DNA of 64,000 nt from Nitrospirota bacterium. Its GTDB lineage: Bacteria > Nitrospirota > UBA9217. The first letter of the stretch is position 1. Every line of letters begins with the position of its first letter. Shown here in pieces: positions 61,166-64,000 of the stretch. The notes under the pieces are model-generated. The model did not search any database, was not told the origin of the DNA, and saw only the letters and a list, made by a program, of their open reading frames with translations. Location: contig CAVVUN010000001.1 in the NCBI GenBank assembly GCA_963751455.1, forward strand, positions 224,001-288,000, given 5' to 3'. Both the position numbers and the translations under genes were made by a program.

Positions 61166-61250
61166 CGATGGACGATAGACGACCGTTCGCTTCGCTCACT
61201 CGGACGATGGACGAAATGTCCCCTTCACTTCCCTACGTCCCTCGTCCGTT
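61166..61250. repeat. 7-bp palindromic array (GGACGAT family)
   Basis: CGATGGACGATAGACGA[CCGTTCGCTTCGCTCACT]CGGACGATGGACGA … CGTCCCTCGTCC. Confidence 0.7.
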
Positions 61251-61258
61251 TACCCGCC

Positions 61259-61801
61259 TTACCGTGCCGGCGTAATCAGATCCTGCAGGGCCTTGACGGT
61301 TGCGGGCTGGGTCCAGTCCCTAGCCCCGATTACTTTATATTTCACCATCCCGTTACGGTCGATAATATAGGTCTCGGGAAATTTAAAAGTGCCGTAAAGC
61401 TTTGAAATGGACTTCCGCGGGTCGAGCAGCACGGGAAGAGTCAGCCCGTTTTTCGCCATGAATCCGGTTACGACATCGGCCCCCCCCTCATCCACGTTTA
61501 CGGTCAACAGCTGAAAATCCGGACCGGAAAGCGCCTTGTAAAGCTTTTCCAGCAAGGGCATCTCTTCGACACAGGGAGGGCACCACGTCGCCCAGAAATG
61601 TACCATAACGACCTTGCCCCGGTAATCAGAGAGGCTCACCTGACCGCCGTTTGCTCCGGCGAGACTGAATGAGGGCGCCTGGTCTCCTTCCTGTATGATT
61701 TTAGCGGTCTTTGGGCCGCCTTTTGCAAGTATAATCAGAACAAATATCACGACGCCGGCAATGATAACCGCCGCCATAATGCCTTTCTTAACCGGGCTCA
61801 T
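61259..61801 (-). CDS. TlpA/ResA-family thiol-disulfide oxidoreductase
   Basis: TM anchor, FWATWCPPCVEEMP, FPETYIIDR. GGAGG RBS before ATG 61801. Confidence 0.92.
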   Translation of the reverse strand: MSPVKKGIMAAVIIAGVVIFVLIILAKGGPKTAKIIQEGDQAPSFSLAGANGGQVSLSDYRGKVVMVHFWATWCPPCVEEMPLLEKLYKALSGPDFQLLTVNVDEGGADVVTGFMAKNGLTLPVLLDPRKSISKLYGTFKFPETYIIDRNGMVKYKVIGARDWTQPATVKALQDLITPAR

Positions 61802-62143
61802 CGTCGCCCCTCCCGCTTTTTGGTTCATAACTTTCACCCTGAACGAGACTGGATTTTGGACTGCGCATGTTCTGCTCGGCGAACGGAACGGATTATACTC
61901 TGTTCTCCTGCCGAGGGCAAGCTGATTTCATAAGGCTGCAGCAGCAGAACCGCAAAGGAGGAACATACTGCTTTTTAGTTTTTAGTTTATAGTGACTTCT
62001 GCGCATTTGCGGCAAAAAACCTTTGCGGTTCGCGACTTTTGCCTGCGCCAGCCTGCACCCGGAGTTCACAGTGCGCTTTGCGCGTGTACAGGATACCTTT
62101 TTTGTTTGAAAATACAAGGCACTCTGATATAATGATCATTGCC

Positions 62144-63958
62144 ATGATTCATGAAATAAAACTGCACGGAAAAGCAAACGAAAAGCTGGATTATTACGTA
62201 ACGATCACCGGCGCGGACTTGAGCGGCAGGTATTTTTACGAATGCCTTCCCGATGGCGACCGTTTCTTCTCGGGCGGCAACGAGTTCGTGATCCAGCCTA
62301 CCGGCGTCCGTTATATGGGAACGGGCGGGAGCCTGTGCGAATACATGTTCGGCGTCGATCTTCCTCTGAAGGACCTTCTCAGAAAAGATGTTTCCAACCG
62401 GCTCGTGATGTACGGCGCATTCTACGATAAGACGGACAATATAACGTTTACAAACAACACGACGGGAGGCGAGTCCTACGATCAGCTGTTCCTTTCCGGC
62501 AACGCCGTTTCGAACTATTATTTCTTCATCCATGCCGGTCAGAAAACGGAAATCAGGGACATGCAGCTGGAAATCATCAAGTCGATCGGCAAACAGATCA
62601 AGCGCAGCGAAACCGTCGGGACCGGCGACGACAGCCTTCTCTGCCGGGAAATCTTCGACACGCTCGGCGATACAAAGGCGCTCGTGTTCCTGTTCAGGCT
62701 GGTAAACCGCCATAACGAGGAGTACTTCCGCACATTCAACCGTCTCTATGCGGAGCAAAAAACGGTCGGTGGAAGTCCTGTTCTGGATACCCTTGCCCAG
62801 AACTATAAAATCATTCCCTACCAGCAGGAGCGCATCAAGATTGACGGAATGTACAAGCTCCCCGAAAACAAGAAGGTGGTCGATGAATACAAGGATATCC
62901 TGATAACGGTGTCCGAAAAGGGTGATGTGACTCCCTCCGAACTCGCGAAGCTGTCTCGGCTGCGCACACTCAGCCTGCGTCTCAACATCCCGCATACGCT
63001 GTTTGACACGCTCGACGAGCTTCTGTTGAAGGACATGCATATTGTGGAGGTCGAGGAACCGGACTACATCAGGGAGACTCGCGCCATCTTCGAAGGACTT
63101 TTCTTCCAAGCCGACAAGATCAGAGGCCACCTCTCAACCGAAGACCTCATAAAGCTTTTGAAAGCAAAGCAGAAATCGACGACGCATCGCGACCCGGCGT
63201 TCGAAAGTCTGCTCCTGGATACAGTTCGTGCCTGCGATGAAAACGCGAGGGACACCAACGACATGACCGTTCTCGAGACCATGAGCCGCATCCTCACGTA
63301 TTTCGACCGTTACGACAGTTCGGCCACGTCGATCAACAGCCTTGCCTTTATGGAGAATTCGGCATTGACTGAAGACAATATCAGGAGCCTGTCAGGCAAT
63401 AAGGAAATCTTCGACAAGATCGACGGCAGTCTTTTCCTTGAGCTGTTCATAACCAGCCTCCTGGAAAACCAGTACCTGACCCGGTATGGGCGAAAAAAGA
63501 TAGAGATGCTGAGCCGGGGCCTCCTGGATATCAAAAGCGGCGATTCCACGTACCGGGAACTCTCCGCCGCGCTCAGCAAGATAAACGAGGAAGACAAGCT
63601 CTATACGAGCATCCATCGCTATATTAAAACACGCTTCAAGAGCTTCTACGCCGAATTGAACTCCAAGGAAGACCAGGAGATCTTTATCCAGGACCTGAAC
63701 AGGGAGATACAGTCGAAAGGCATCGTTCAGGGCCCGGTGCCGCACACTGTTTTCGAGGAGATCATCCTGGACATCAGGAAAGAGTCCTTCTATCTGAACA
63801 ATCTGTTGCCGCATATCATCGTTTCCCGGGACAGCCGCGTTCGCGAAGACTTCCTGGTGAACAGCGGACTCGACCGCTTCTACGTTGAGGAACTTGAAAA
63901 AGACTACTTCGAGATGAACCGGATCGAACAAGATGTCCTTGAGGAGATCAGGAAGTAA
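62144..63958 (+). CDS. Conserved hypothetical protein, TIGR04442-like
   Basis: MIHEIKLHG…RFFSGGNEF…GGSLCEYMFGVDLPLKDL…NRLVMYGA…SGLDRFYVEELE. Family recognised from memory. Confidence 0.7.
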   Translation: MIHEIKLHGKANEKLDYYVTITGADLSGRYFYECLPDGDRFFSGGNEFVIQPTGVRYMGTGGSLCEYMFGVDLPLKDLLRKDVSNRLVMYGAFYDKTDNITFTNNTTGGESYDQLFLSGNAVSNYYFFIHAGQKTEIRDMQLEIIKSIGKQIKRSETVGTGDDSLLCREIFDTLGDTKALVFLFRLVNRHNEEYFRTFNRLYAEQKTVGGSPVLDTLAQNYKIIPYQQERIKIDGMYKLPENKKVVDEYKDILITVSEKGDVTPSELAKLSRLRTLSLRLNIPHTLFDTLDELLLKDMHIVEVEEPDYIRETRAIFEGLFFQADKIRGHLSTEDLIKLLKAKQKSTTHRDPAFESLLLDTVRACDENARDTNDMTVLETMSRILTYFDRYDSSATSINSLAFMENSALTEDNIRSLSGNKEIFDKIDGSLFLELFITSLLENQYLTRYGRKKIEMLSRGLLDIKSGDSTYRELSAALSKINEEDKLYTSIHRYIKTRFKSFYAELNSKEDQEIFIQDLNREIQSKGIVQGPVPHTVFEEIILDIRKESFYLNNLLPHIIVSRDSRVREDFLVNSGLDRFYVEELEKDYFEMNRIEQDVLEEIRK

Positions 63959-64000
63959 TGTGCAGAGTCCGGATACTGGACCGATACCTCTTCCTGGAGA
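63958..64000 (+). CDS. Start of an LptF/LptG-like permease (partial)
   Basis: TAATG overlap, then MCRVRILDRYLFLE, resembling the LptF/G N-terminal ILDRY motif. Confidence 0.5.
   Translation, partial: MCRVRILDRYLFLE

Noticed and set aside
14068-61250. CRISPR array
   Set aside because: Repeat units are 7-9 bp, contiguous and in inverted arms. There are no 23-47-bp repeats with unique spacers and no cas genes.
57392-63130. Long antisense ORFs 57392-58471 and 62066-63130
   Set aside because: Mirror frames of smc and the TIGR04442-like gene, expected from codon bias.

Overview
A 64-kb bacterial chromosomal segment. Gene content (TIGR04442-like protein, pilB-pilT-pilC-pilS, rnfCDGEAB, smc, ihfA-merR-tRNA-Pro-surE-pcm) suggests Nitrospirota or Desulfobacterota; this is inference. 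Most of it is housekeeping: type IV pilus genes, aroE, polA, tamB, glnD, mazG, lpdA, gcvH, Rnf, fluoride channel, smc. Non-routine content: (1) a 2.67-kb AT-rich islet integrated at tRNA-Thr(CGT), bounded by a 48-bp att duplication and lacking an integrase. It carries a coupled RelE/Gp49-like toxin, an HTH antitoxin with a long C-terminal tail, an unknown third gene (toxin-antitoxin-chaperone-like layout) and a decayed IS1-family transposase. (2) A hidden exported DsbA-like selenoprotein (UPYC, in-frame TGA plus a SECIS-like hairpin). (3) A 14-kb co-oriented locus: CHASE2 adenylate cyclase, SH3 protein, M48 peptidase, FadL/PorV-like barrel, a giant Ig-repeat lipoprotein with sigma54- and sigma70-like promoters, a metallopeptidase lipoprotein and another lipoprotein. 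(4) About 15 intergenic palindromic arrays of 7-, 8- or 9-bp tandem units in several families, plus MITEs, some nested inside one another. Five apparent +1 frameshifts (aroE, DUF512 twice, tamB, smc) are most likely sequencing errors. No CRISPR array, rRNA, intact integrase or reverse transcriptase was seen.
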